DNA from: Candidatus Woesearchaeota archaeon
GTDB taxonomy: Archaea; Nanobdellota; Nanobdellia; SCGC-AAA011-G17; UBA489
NCBI GenBank assembly: GCA_964390715.1
Contig: CAYMIM010000016.1
Coordinates: 1 to 59,735 of the forward strand
Length of the DNA stretch: 59,735 nt
Reading direction: 5' to 3'
A model generated the notes under the pieces. That model was given only the letters and a program-made list of their open reading frames with translations, was not told the DNA's origin and did not search any database. Each line of letters starts with the position of its first letter. Position 1 is the first letter of the stretch. A program made the translations under genes and the position numbers. Of this stretch, positions 24,369-34,025 are shown in pieces.

Positions 24369-27300
24369 AACTTCGAGATCCAGCCACGTTTTGGTTCATA
24401 AATCTCACCTTCTTTTTTTAGCTTCTCTAGGATCTCTTCAACCTGTGGTTCTGTTAAATTTTTTTCTCCTGCTTCTGCAAAAATATCTTCAATAGGGATT
24501 GTTTTCTTGCCACGAGCTTCCAATTCATGGATAATCTCTTTGATGACTAATATTTTGTTTCTTGTGGACGCTGGGACTCCTGTCGCTATTCTATCCATAT
24601 CAAACTGGCCAGTCTCGTAGTCGAAGCCGACCTGCATCATGCAGAATTTAAGAATCTTGATAGCATTACGCGCATCTTTTTTTGTGACTTGGTTGGACAA
24701 GCGAACACGAGCAGATCCTTCCGCTAAACGAACTAAAGCTTCCAATTGACGAGCAGAGATAGGGATTGGTTTTATTCCTCCCTGATCGCTAGAGTTAGCT
24801 GAGTTACGAAGACCTACATAAAACTCCTTGATTTCTTCTATAGCTCCTGGAGATAATTTTGGAAAAACATGTTGATGCACATATGCTATATACTTTCTTA
24901 ATATGTCTGTAGAAATTTCTTGCTCCTTAATTCCTGTGGCGTGCCCTTCTAAAATATGTGAAGCTATTTTCGCATCTGTCTCTTTATTAGGAATATCACG
25001 TACTGGAAAGATCAAGTCGAAACGGTTGATTAACGCTGGCGGTAAATTGATTTGCGCCGCGATTGGTTGGAAAGGATCAAAGCGACCTAACTTTGGGTTT
25101 GCCGCGGCCAAGACTGTAGTTTGCGCGCTTAGAGTCGCTTGAATATTCGCTTTACTAATAGTAACTTGCTGTTGCGCCATAGCTTCATGTAACGCTGATG
25201 TGTCTTCCATCGACATCTTGTCCATCTCATCAAGACAATTATGTACTATGACCCCATTGGCGACAAAATTATGTGTTTCTGGCACATAAATATCATAAAC
25301 ATATCCTTCATGAACTTGTTCTTCTATGTTTACAATTTCATCTATAAAATAATCTCTTGCTATGATTGTAGCTATTTGTCGCTTCATCTCTGAAGAGAGT
25401 ATGAGTTTTTGCATAATTTTTATCATCTGATCTCTTGAAGGCTCAATCAATCTGCGCTTATATCGATACAGAGTACTCCAAATTCCCTCCTTTACTAAAT
25501 GCGAGGTATTACTTTCATCAATTATCTTTTTTGCGATGGCCGCGATTGGAACGCCTGGAATTTTTTGACTGATACTTGAAATGTTTTTTCTTGTTGCTAA
25601 AATATCTTTGTTTTTTGCTTTTACCGAGTATTTTTCAATCTCTTTTTTGAGTGCCGCTACATCTGTTCTTCCTGTTAGTTCTACTAAGAAATAATTATTT
25701 TGTCTTATCAGTTTTCCGTAACAATCAAGTCTACGTAGAGCAAGAATAAAATTCATATTAGCCTCTTTATTTACTGTATCAAACATGAAGTCAATGTGCT
25801 GGACTTGATATTTCTTTTTTGTTTTCTCACTTGTTTTCGTGCTTATGCAACCGTCAGAGTCCATAACACCAGCAATAAAGGCCTTAAGTGTTTCATCGTC
25901 AAGGAGGAGAAGATTCGCTAGATTGTTTCCTGTAACGAAGGTATAAATATTTCCCAATAAATTACTTCCATGGTAGAAAATTTTACACTGCGAGTTTACT
26001 TCTTTTCCTCTGATAATTGATTTGGACAAATATTTAATATAAGAGATATCCTTGCCAAATACCTTTTTCCAGTGATAAGTAAACTGATTACTGTATGATT
26101 GGTGAATCAACGATTGTATCATTCTTATTTGTGTTCTTCTTTGTGAAATTTGTACGGTGCCGTCACCATACAGAAATCCTAAAATATATCCCAGACTTGG
26201 AGTGATGGTCGTTATTTCTAATCGTTCACCCCTATGTTTTCTCGAATAATTCAGCGTTTTATGCTTCCATTCCTGCTGTTTGTCTAAAAAAGAAAGTATT
26301 GTTTTCAGTTGTTTTAAAGTGAATTGTCGATTACCAGACAGATAAGAACGATCAAGATTAAAATATTTATTACATGACGCGAGTGTTGTAAATTTTTCCC
26401 TTAAACTTTTTTTTATATCATCTTTTTCTTCTTTATTAAGACTTACCTTCCACAGATCCGGCAAAATGTCAAATAAAACTATCTGCTCTTTTTTTTCTGG
26501 TAGTTTTAATGGCGCAATTACTTTATCCCCTATTCTAAATTCTTGCGCTGGCTTCCAAATTACATCACTTCCATTTAGTAGTTTATGCTCTGGCGTTAAT
26601 GTTAATGAGAATCCTGATCGAAAATGCAAAGTCATTATCTTATTTTTATATTTTTTTCTTCTAATTTTTGTCGCTCTTCCATTTTTCATTTGGAAAGCCT
26701 TTGTGTCAAATGTTGGGACCTTAATATTTAAATTGTGATATTCTATTTCCTCGCCAGCCTGCATTCCTAGCTGTTTTTTCTCTTCGTCAAAGAGTTCTTT
26801 TATCTTGACAATTTTATTATCCCCAACTATCTCTGTATCGGGGTGAAGACATAAAATTCCTTTATTAGCCAGTACAATAGCACCAGCCTCTAGAGCCCAA
26901 CCCCTCATAAATTCATCTTTGACCACGGAAGCAGTAATACCCGCAGCGCTCGCGCCACGACCCGCAACATATCTGGCACGAGGAGCCATCTTTGAGATAA
27001 AGGTTAGTAATGTAGATTTAGCCGCGCCAGGATCTCCTACGAGAAGGATGTGCATATCACCACGGACTGATGTACCATCAGAACGCTCTTTGCGAACTCC
27101 CCCCATCAATTGCAATACCAAGGCGCCTTTAATTTCCTCATGACCATAGACAGAAGGAGCAATGGAATTAATTAGCTTTTGATACACATTAGCGTCATTA
27201 GCCAATTCTTTTATTTTCTGCTCATCTTCCTGTGTAATATCAATATCATCATAGGTTTGCTGGACTGACTCAATAGAATTTGTTTCCAAAGCAAGATCAT

Positions 27301-27997
27301 ACCTTGTCAATTGACCACCAGACTTCGCTGTTAACGGCACTTCCTTGAGAATACCAATGACTTTTACCTTAGAGCCAGGAGTAGTTTTTTTCTCCATTTT
27401 TGGCTCGACCATGTCCTCACGAACAAACACAGACAATCTTTTTGGCTGCTCTCCGCCTTGCAAAGCATCTGTTGACTCTTCGATAACAAGACGCTGGGCA
27501 TCCACTAGTATTTTTTCTGAAACACGGAAACGACCACGAGCGCCGCAAGAACATCGTTGTGGTTCTCTGAACTTACTTTCTATTTGTGGAACAGTAATAA
27601 GATTTCCACAGGAACGACATTCAAATTTCGCTGAGATCACTTGTGGACGGACATCAGACGCCTGACGCACGATGCCTTCAATCATGATGAGATTATCCAG
27701 ATGCGTGCTACGGATGTCACGTATTTTTACTTTTTGTGAGTTTGGGAGATTGAGAAAGCGAATACGAAACTCTTCTTTGGGCAAATCAAACTGCTGCAAC
27801 GCAACTTCTGACGCTTTAATAGTCTCTTCCGGTTCCATCAAAAGCTGCTCCGCTAACTCAGGATCCTGCTGCGCTAGCTCTGGAAACTCAATATAGAGAG
27901 AACGCTTACCACTACTGACTAGCTCATGGATTTTTTTTAGATAACTGGCTTCTAAGAACTCTTGAAACCTTTGAATTTGATCTCTAGCATCGACCAA
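24365..27997 (-). CDS. mcm: MCM replicative helicase, intein-containing (672-aa extein + 538-aa intein)
   Basis: It has an N-terminal Zn motif (CRSCG...CSCG), Walker A GDPGAAKS, Walker B CLDEMDKM after the intein, an arginine finger region and a C-terminal wH. TTG start preceded by GAGGGGG. Confidence 0.9.
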   Translation of the reverse strand: MVDARDQIQRFQEFLEASYLKKIHELVSSGKRSLYIEFPELAQQDPELAEQLLMEPEETIKASEVALQQFDLPKEEFRIRFLNLPNSQKVKIRDIRSTHLDNLIMIEGIVRQASDVRPQVISAKFECRSCGNLITVPQIESKFREPQRCSCGARGRFRVSEKILVDAQRLVIEESTDALQGGEQPKRLSVFVREDMVEPKMEKKTTPGSKVKVIGILKEVPLTAKSGGQLTRYDLALETNSIESVQQTYDDIDITQEDEQKIKELANDANVYQKLINSIAPSVYGHEEIKGALVLQLMGGVRKERSDGTSVRGDMHILLVGDPGAAKSTLLTFISKMAPRARYVAGRGASAAGITASVVKDEFMRGWALEAGAIVLANKGILCLHPDTEIVGDNKIVKIKELFDEEKKQLGMQAGEEIEYHNLNIKVPTFDTKAFQMKNGRATKIRRKKYKNKIMTLHFRSGFSLTLTPEHKLLNGSDVIWKPAQEFRIGDKVIAPLKLPEKKEQIVLFDILPDLWKVSLNKEEKDDIKKSLREKFTTLASCNKYFNLDRSYLSGNRQFTLKQLKTILSFLDKQQEWKHKTLNYSRKHRGERLEITTITPSLGYILGFLYGDGTVQISQRRTQIRMIQSLIHQSYSNQFTYHWKKVFGKDISYIKYLSKSIIRGKEVNSQCKIFYHGSNLLGNIYTFVTGNNLANLLLLDDETLKAFIAGVMDSDGCISTKTSEKTKKKYQVQHIDFMFDTVNKEANMNFILALRRLDCYGKLIRQNNYFLVELTGRTDVAALKKEIEKYSVKAKNKDILATRKNISSISQKIPGVPIAAIAKKIIDESNTSHLVKEGIWSTLYRYKRRLIEPSRDQMIKIMQKLILSSEMKRQIATIIARDYFIDEIVNIEEQVHEGYVYDIYVPETHNFVANGVIVHNCLDEMDKMSMEDTSALHEAMAQQQVTISKANIQATLSAQTTVLAAANPKLGRFDPFQPIAAQINLPPALINRFDLIFPVRDIPNKETDAKIASHILEGHATGIKEQEISTDILRKYIAYVHQHVFPKLSPGAIEEIKEFYVGLRNSANSSDQGGIKPIPISARQLEALVRLAEGSARVRLSNQVTKKDARNAIKILKFCMMQVGFDYETGQFDMDRIATGVPASTRNKILVIKEIIHELEARGKKTIPIEDIFAEAGEKNLTEPQVEEILEKLKKEGEIYEPKRGWISKL
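25238..26851 (-). mobile_element. MCM intein with LAGLIDADG homing-endonuclease domain
   Basis: Residues 383-920 start CLHPDTEIV (block A), contain TLTPEHKLL (block B) and end NGVIVHN followed by +1 Cys. Two LAGLIDADG motifs are present (LGYILGFLYGDGTV, LKAFIAGVMDSDGCI). Removal restores ANKGIL-CLDEMDKM. Confidence 0.85.
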
Positions 27998-28073
27998 TTT
28001 TTCAACCCCCTCAGCGTGAAAATAGGAGGAAGTATAAAAAGGTTCCTAGGGAACTTGAGAAATTAAGACTTTT

Positions 28074-28628
28074 TTACTTCTTTTTGACATTCAATAACTT
28101 AGTAATTAACATGTCAACGGCTTGACGCAGTTTTCCTTCTGAACGAGTGCCTGTGCAGACAATTTTCCCATTACTGAACAGCAAGAAAGTCGCGCGAGTA
28201 TCAGGCAACTTGTAGACAAGACCAGGAAACTGTTCTGGCTCATATTCTGTATTTTCCAATTCCATGGCGAGCATGTTTAAATTCAAATCCATGCCAACGG
28301 AGCCGGAGGCGACCATATTCTGCACCTTGATTTTTGGATCAACTGTGATCTTGATCTTGATCTTCTCGATGTTTTGGATGATTTTTTTGACTGATTCCTT
28401 CACTTTAGCCATTGATTTCGCGCCAGTACAGACAATTTTTCCTGAACTGAAGATTAAAGCTGATGTCTTTGGCTCTTTGATACGCATGACTAATCCTGGA
28501 AACTGCTCTGGATTGTATTCTGTGTTGGGTAAAGCCTCCGCTAACTTGATTAATGGAATGTCTTTTTCTAAAGAAGCAGACGCGACAATATTCTGTATCT
28601 TGATTTCTTTCTTAGGTCTTCTTGGCAT
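28074..28628 (-). CDS. tbp: TATA-box binding protein
   Basis: Two direct repeats are present (IQNIVAS...PEQFPGLV...IFSSGKIVCTGAKS and VQNMVAS...PEQFPGLVY...LFSNGKIVCTGTRS). ATG 28628; the track start 28643 is GTG. Confidence 0.9.
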   Translation of the reverse strand: MPRRPKKEIKIQNIVASASLEKDIPLIKLAEALPNTEYNPEQFPGLVMRIKEPKTSALIFSSGKIVCTGAKSMAKVKESVKKIIQNIEKIKIKITVDPKIKVQNMVASGSVGMDLNLNMLAMELENTEYEPEQFPGLVYKLPDTRATFLLFSNGKIVCTGTRSEGKLRQAVDMLITKLLNVKKK

Positions 28629-28680
28629 ATATAATCCCCCCACTATCTCGAAATTGCCTTTTTTTGTGAAGGAGTGAGGG

Positions 28681-28688
28681 TTTATAAA
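28681..28688 (-). promoter_or_regulatory. TATA box (TTTATAAA) upstream of tbp
   Basis: It shares the 14-mer found at 20262. It lies about 55 nt upstream of ATG 28628, so a short leader with a GGGGGG stretch is implied. Confidence 0.4.
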
Positions 28689-28779
28689 GGTATTTAAAGG
28701 GAAAGTTCAAACTATGAAAAGAAGAGAATGAGCTAAAATACACAAAATAAGCTTAAAAAACGCTTCTAAATGGCGAGAT

Positions 28780-28866
28780 TCATAAACTTAAAAGGATAAG
28801 TAGTGTAATAAGCGTCATTATGCCATAGAGCAAGAGAACTCCTTTTTTCTGTTGTTTTGTTTCCAT
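28780..28866 (-). CDS. Possible 28-aa single-pass membrane micro-protein
   Basis: The minus-strand ORF reads METKQQKKGVLLLYGIMTLITLLILLSL. An AAATTATATTC TATA-like box lies about 30 nt upstream (28893-28903). It falls below the ORF-track cutoff and I recognise no homology. Confidence 0.25.
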   Translation of the reverse strand: METKQQKKGVLLLYGIMTLITLLILLSL

Positions 28867-29074
28867 TGTGTATTCCTCTTGTTGCCTTAGCGAATATAAT
28901 TTGGAGAGGAGCATGCGTTAAGCACACCCCTACTCCATGGGTTTAGGTTGAGTTATTCTTTCTGTGCGCGGTCCTTTATTTATATCTTGAGAGGTCTTTT
29001 CTTCGTATCAAAAGCTAATTTTAAGTCCTTTTTGTTAAATCTTTCCGCCGTACAGCCCGATTTGTAAATAATTC

Positions 29075-30091
29075 TTAATTTTCCTTGCCCAAGAACCAAT
29101 CTGTTAATTTTATCTTCTTTAATTTGCCTATAGTTTCAATAGAAATCACTTTTTTGTTTTGCAAACTCATGAAAATACGGACTAGTGTAGTCTTAGGAAT
29201 GGCTGTTTCATAGCGAATTTTCGCCTGTGTGCTCTGATGATCACTCTTCAGAAGGAACGCAACGACTTTATTTTCTTTTTCATTCAAAGTATTAACAATG
29301 TCTTGCGCGCGTTTGCTTACTATCGCTATCTCTGGTTGCCGCTGTACTTCTTCTTTTTCTTCTGGCTTGTGGTGTGGCTTTACTTGTTTGGTTTTTTTCC
29401 AGTAGTTCCATCCATACCATCCTACCGCTCCCAATATTACTACTCCTATTCCTATAAAAAAGAGCATCCATCCATTTCCTTCTTCTGAAATAACCGCGCG
29501 ATCCAATCGAATTTCTATGTTTTGTGACGCGCCTTTATCGACTGTTATTTTTCCTCTTCCCGCCGCGTTGCGCGCTGTAGCAGTGATTGTACATTCGCCG
29601 ATCGGCGCATAATCCATAGAGAATGAACCTACTTTGTCTGTTTCTTCTGGCGCTTTTTCACCATACGCTTTACTGCATTCGATGTTTAACTTTGCTTTAC
29701 TTACTAGATTATTCAAATTATCATAAACTACTCCCTTCAATGAACCTACAGGGAAAACTATAACTTCTTGTTCTACTTGTTTTTCCAAGAGTATTTCCTG
29801 CTCGCCATAGAAGTCCTTTCCAGGAGTCTGGAGATTATCAATCTTGAATGCCAGCAAGTATTCTCCTTTAGGTAATCGCAAAGTAATAGGATTGTTACGA
29901 ATAAATGAGGAGATAGTACGTTCGGCTCCTGATGGTTTTTCTACAATAACAATGCTGACTAAAACATCTTTGACTTCCTTATTGCCTTCCGCTTGTTTTA
30001 ATGTGATTTTGATGGTTTGTTCTTCTTGCGCATACACGAGAAAAGCGCTAACTAGGAGCATGACTGCTATAAGCACCATTTTTTGTTTCAT
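29075..30091 (-). CDS. Membrane-spanning protein: extracellular CarboxypepD_reg-like beta domains, one TM, cytoplasmic wHTH
   Basis: It has a signal peptide, beta-sandwich-like repeats, the TM segment WMLFFIGIGVVILGAVGWYGWNYW, a Lys/Glu linker, and NEKENKVVAFLLKSDHQSTQAKIRYETAIPKTTLVRIFMSLQNKKVI (wHTH). Its ATG directly follows the ileS stop (TAGATG). Confidence 0.65.
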   Translation of the reverse strand: MKQKMVLIAVMLLVSAFLVYAQEEQTIKITLKQAEGNKEVKDVLVSIVIVEKPSGAERTISSFIRNNPITLRLPKGEYLLAFKIDNLQTPGKDFYGEQEILLEKQVEQEVIVFPVGSLKGVVYDNLNNLVSKAKLNIECSKAYGEKAPEETDKVGSFSMDYAPIGECTITATARNAAGRGKITVDKGASQNIEIRLDRAVISEEGNGWMLFFIGIGVVILGAVGWYGWNYWKKTKQVKPHHKPEEKEEVQRQPEIAIVSKRAQDIVNTLNEKENKVVAFLLKSDHQSTQAKIRYETAIPKTTLVRIFMSLQNKKVISIETIGKLKKIKLTDWFLGKEN

Positions 30092-32935
30092 CTATACCTG
30101 CTTGAACGCGATTTGCACTTCGCATTCCTTCACTCGCTCTTTTTTAATGGTATCGTATCCTTCTAGTGATTCATCTTTCTTTTTCCAAGTTAAAGTTTTC
30201 GCGCCTACTTTTTGCTTGATCTCTTCCTCGAATAGCTTGAGGTCTTCACTTATCATGATCGCTAAAGTAATCCTGTCTTCAATCTTCAATCCTTTGGTTT
30301 TTCGATAGCCGTTGACTATTCTGATTAATTCTCTAGCCATCCCTTCCTTAAAGAGAGCGCGCGTAATCTTTGTGTCTAAGCTTACCCTTAGAGTCTTTCC
30401 TTTTTTCATCATTACTTCCTTCACGTTTACTTCTTCACTGATCAAAGAAAGATACTTCTTATCGAGCATCGCTCCTTCGATTTCGAGCTTACTTAAAACT
30501 TGACGCAGTGGAATTTTCGCGATTTCCCTCGCCTCCAGACCTTTGCTAACAATCTCACGAACGAGTCGCATTTCTTCATTGAGCTTTTTGTTGATTACTC
30601 TTATATCAACGGATGGCCAAGCTTCCAAATGAACTGATTCCGCGATTTTTTTGTTTGCTGATCTCAATGCTTGATGGACTTCCTCGGCAATAAAAGGCGT
30701 TATTGGCGCTAGGAGTTTTGCTAAGGTATGGAGAGTATATGCTAAAGTTCTGATTGCTTTTTTCTGTTCCTTTGCATCGTCGAATTTAAATCGATCTCTA
30801 CTTCCGCGGACATACCATGTGGAGAGCTCATCAATGAACTGCAACAAGGAACCGCATGTTGTGACTGTATCATATGCTTCCATGCTAGCGGTTACTTCTT
30901 TAATAAGAGTGTGTAATCTGCTTAAAATCCATTGATCCAATATGTGCTCTGATGAAGTGTCATCAAAGATCGTGTTTTCTTTTCCGTAAAGACTATAAAA
31001 CTGCTGGATATTTTCTGTGATGATAATCACTTTTCTGCATGTTTCTTTAACGCCTTCTTCGCTAAAATTAAGATCTTCCGCTTTCATCAAAGATGATCCC
31101 ATTAAGTAGAAACGCAACGCGTCCGCGCCATATTTCTCAAAGATGATGTGTGGATCTGGGAAGTTTCCCTTGGACTTGGCCATTTTTGAACCATCCGCCG
31201 CCAAGACTGTTCCTGTGACCGCGACGTGCTTGAATGGCGCTTTTTCAAATAATATTACTGACAAGACATGCATGTAGTAGAACCATGTACGAACTTGCGC
31301 GATATACTCTGAAACTAAGTCCGCTGGAAAATTTTCCTTAAACCATTCTTTATTCTCGAAAGGATAATGTTTCGCGGCATAAGGCATACTTCCTGACTCA
31401 AACCAACAATCCATCACCTCAGGAATTCTAGACATGCTTCCTTTACATTTTTTACATTTGAGATGGATAGTATCGACGACATGCTTATGAAGATCGAGCG
31501 TATTCGCGACTTTTTCAACAGATTTTTCTTGCAACTCCTTGACACTTCCTATGACTTCTAAAGCAATACATTTTTTACATTTCCAAACGGGAATTGCTGT
31601 GGCCCAGAAACGGTTTCTAGAGATGCACCAGTCGGGGGCAGTTTCGAGAATGTGCTTAAAACGACCTTCTTTGATATGATCTGGATGCCAATTGATTTCT
31701 TTATTCTTCTTGAGCAACTTATCTTTTATTTTTTGAATATCAACGAACCATGAATCTACCGCGTTGTAGAACAAAGGAGTTTCACATCGATAACAGAAAG
31801 GATAGGAATGTGTGTAAGGCTCTGTCTTGTAAAGGAGCGAGCGTTTTTCTAAATCTTCCAACACTTTGCCATCTGCTTTCTTGAACCATAATCCAACCCA
31901 TTCTTTTGGACCTAGATTTATTTTTCCTTGGTGACTTACATGTTGAATGACTGGTAGATTATATTTTTTGATCATGCGATAATCGAATTCACCATACAAT
32001 GCCATGTGTACAACGCCCGTTCCTTCTGTTGCTGTGACTTCATTGCCGCCATCAATAACGTAGTGACCTTTCTTATCAGAGGGAAGCGCATAGAGAGGTT
32101 CGTATTCTTTCTTGATGAGTTTTGCTCCTTTTATCTCTTCGACTATTTCGTATTTTTCTTTGATTTCCAACAAGCGATCTTTAGCAAGAATGTACTGTTC
32201 TTTGTTTTGCTTGATCTTTACATAAGTTAATACAGGATTAATGGCTAAAGCAACATTTCCAATCAGCGTCCAAGGCGTCGTTGACCAAGCTAGCAAATAA
32301 GTCTCTTTCTCATCCTTGAGCTTAAATTTCGCGACCGCTGATTTTTCTGTTACATTATGATAACTATTATCCATGGCGATCTCTGATGCAGCTAAAGGAG
32401 TCTCACAGCGCGGACAATAAAGCAAGATTTTTTTTCCTTCGTAGATATATCCATCATCGTATAATTTTTTGAAGAGATACCAAACACTTTCCATATATTC
32501 ATTGTCCATAGTCTTGTAAGCGTTATCAAAGTCAATCCATTTACCCATACGAAGAATTGTTTTTTTCCATTCCTTTGCAAAGGAGAGCACTTTAGAGCGA
32601 CAGAAGTCGTTGAACTTTGCTACACCCATCTCTTCAATCTGCTTCTTTTCCTTGATGCCGAGCTCTTTTTCCGCGATCGTTTCAATAGGCAGACCATGAC
32701 AGTCCCAACCCCAACGTCTTTCAACGCGGAATCCTTTCATTGTCCAAAATCGTGGAAATACATCTTTACTGGTGAGACCAAGAATATGCCCATAGTGAGG
32801 AAGACCTGTCGCGAAAGGAGGACCATCATAGAAAATGTACTGCTTCTTTTTTGGACGCTGCTCTACAGACTTCTCGAAAATCTTATTCTTTTCCCAAAAA
32901 GCGGTGATAATTTCTTCTCGTTCTTTATGTCCCAT
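30092..32935 (-). CDS. ileS: Isoleucyl-tRNA synthetase
   Basis: PPFATGLPHYGHIL (HIGH), KMAKSKGN (KMSKS) and WCISRNRFWA are present, together with an editing domain. ATG 32935; the track start is TTG 32956. Confidence 0.9.
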   Translation of the reverse strand: MGHKEREEIITAFWEKNKIFEKSVEQRPKKKQYIFYDGPPFATGLPHYGHILGLTSKDVFPRFWTMKGFRVERRWGWDCHGLPIETIAEKELGIKEKKQIEEMGVAKFNDFCRSKVLSFAKEWKKTILRMGKWIDFDNAYKTMDNEYMESVWYLFKKLYDDGYIYEGKKILLYCPRCETPLAASEIAMDNSYHNVTEKSAVAKFKLKDEKETYLLAWSTTPWTLIGNVALAINPVLTYVKIKQNKEQYILAKDRLLEIKEKYEIVEEIKGAKLIKKEYEPLYALPSDKKGHYVIDGGNEVTATEGTGVVHMALYGEFDYRMIKKYNLPVIQHVSHQGKINLGPKEWVGLWFKKADGKVLEDLEKRSLLYKTEPYTHSYPFCYRCETPLFYNAVDSWFVDIQKIKDKLLKKNKEINWHPDHIKEGRFKHILETAPDWCISRNRFWATAIPVWKCKKCIALEVIGSVKELQEKSVEKVANTLDLHKHVVDTIHLKCKKCKGSMSRIPEVMDCWFESGSMPYAAKHYPFENKEWFKENFPADLVSEYIAQVRTWFYYMHVLSVILFEKAPFKHVAVTGTVLAADGSKMAKSKGNFPDPHIIFEKYGADALRFYLMGSSLMKAEDLNFSEEGVKETCRKVIIITENIQQFYSLYGKENTIFDDTSSEHILDQWILSRLHTLIKEVTASMEAYDTVTTCGSLLQFIDELSTWYVRGSRDRFKFDDAKEQKKAIRTLAYTLHTLAKLLAPITPFIAEEVHQALRSANKKIAESVHLEAWPSVDIRVINKKLNEEMRLVREIVSKGLEAREIAKIPLRQVLSKLEIEGAMLDKKYLSLISEEVNVKEVMMKKGKTLRVSLDTKITRALFKEGMARELIRIVNGYRKTKGLKIEDRITLAIMISEDLKLFEEEIKQKVGAKTLTWKKKDESLEGYDTIKKERVKECEVQIAFKQV

Positions 32936-33107
32936 AGTGCACAACTCAATATTCAATCTCTCTTAGTTATTCATTTAGATTAGTTTTTATGTCTTTCCAT
33001 AAAGCTTTTATACCCTGTTCTCCGCACGTTTTTAACGCAGTCAAAGAAATACATACTATTTCTGAGATATGTGTAATTAGCAAATACCATTAAGGAGAGT
33101 ACATACC

Positions 33108-33446
33108 ATGGAAAGATACGGAGATAGAGGATACGGAAGACAACCTACAGCGCCTATTAAAGTTGGCGACGTTGTTGAAGTAACTATAGAGGCAGTTGGA
33201 GAGAAAGGCGACGGTCTAGCGAAGATCAGCGGTTTTGTTCTCTTTATTCCTGGCGTTAAACAGGGAGAAAAACATACAGTCAAGATCACACGCGTCTTAC
33301 GCAGCGTCGGTTTTGCGGAAGTTGTCACTGGTGAAGCAGCTACCAAGACATCTGCAAATGACGAGACTACAGACTCTTCTGATGGTAATTACACGGAAGA
33401 AGCACCTGAAGAAAACCAAGACGCTCAAGACTCTGAAGACTTCTAA
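33108..33446 (+). CDS. TRAM domain protein with acidic tail
   Basis: The TRAM fold reads PIKVGDVVEVTIEAVGEKGDGLAKISGFVLFIPGVKQGEKHTVKITRV. GGAG lies upstream of the ATG. Confidence 0.75.
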   Translation: MERYGDRGYGRQPTAPIKVGDVVEVTIEAVGEKGDGLAKISGFVLFIPGVKQGEKHTVKITRVLRSVGFAEVVTGEAATKTSANDETTDSSDGNYTEEAPEENQDAQDSEDF

Positions 33447-33478
33447 AGTCTTCTTTTCTTTTTTTTATTTTTTCTGAT

Positions 33479-33751
33479 TTATTTCTTTTCTGTTAAAATT
33501 GCTTTAATTTTTTCTAGTTGTGGTTCATTTTGGAAATCGTTTTGTATCTTCTCTACAATTTTTTTTCTATATTTATATGTATTTGCCTGTTTCGCATAGC
33601 CGTGCCATCCAACTAAAGAATTCTCAACGGTTTCAAAGAGCATTTTATTTTCATCATACTGCTCTTTATAGTTTTTCAACTTCTTTTCCATTTTTCTTTT
33701 TTTGTTTTTTCTCAATAATTTGTGCAGAACATGAAATTTATCTATTAGCAT
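33479..33751 (-). CDS. Hypothetical Lys-rich protein
   Basis: 90-aa ORF, divergent from the antitoxin gene. I recognise no family with confidence. Confidence 0.3.
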   Translation of the reverse strand: MLIDKFHVLHKLLRKNKKRKMEKKLKNYKEQYDENKMLFETVENSLVGWHGYAKQANTYKYRKKIVEKIQNDFQNEPQLEKIKAILTEKK

Positions 33752-33794
33752 AAAGCTTATATAGTTGTTATATAACTAATATATAGACATTCCT

Positions 33795-34025
33795 ATGACT
33801 GAACAATCAACTATACTTTTAGAGAAGAACACCATAGAAACGCTCAAGAAAGCAAAGGAATATCCTAGACAGACCTATGATGAACTCGTTAAGGAAATGA
33901 CAGTAGTTTTCCTCAAACATAAGAAACAGCGACAAGAATATGACTTTTTTCTGCATAAAATTCAACAGCCTAAAATGAAAGAGCTCTGGGATAACAAAGA
34001 AGACGAAGCGTGGGAACGTGCATAA
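33795..34025 (+). CDS. Putative antitoxin of MazF/PemK-like toxin
   Basis: This small acidic protein lies immediately upstream of the toxin gene and overlaps it by 8 nt. Confidence 0.5.
   Translation: MTEQSTILLEKNTIETLKKAKEYPRQTYDELVKEMTVVFLKHKKQRQEYDFFLHKIQQPKMKELWDNKEDEAWERA

Noticed and set aside
33077-33477. ORFs 33077..33346 (minus) and 33235..33477 (plus) overlapping the TRAM gene
   Set aside because: They are alternative-frame or antisense shadows of a well-supported TRAM-domain CDS, and their translations are low-complexity.
33479-33751. 90-aa ORF as a remnant of a group II intron maturase/RT (local LVGWHGYAKQANTYKY resemblance to the GW-x-NYY motif)
   Set aside because: The resemblance is a single short motif, and there is no RT domain, intron RNA structure or flanking exon disruption. 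I kept it as hypothetical.
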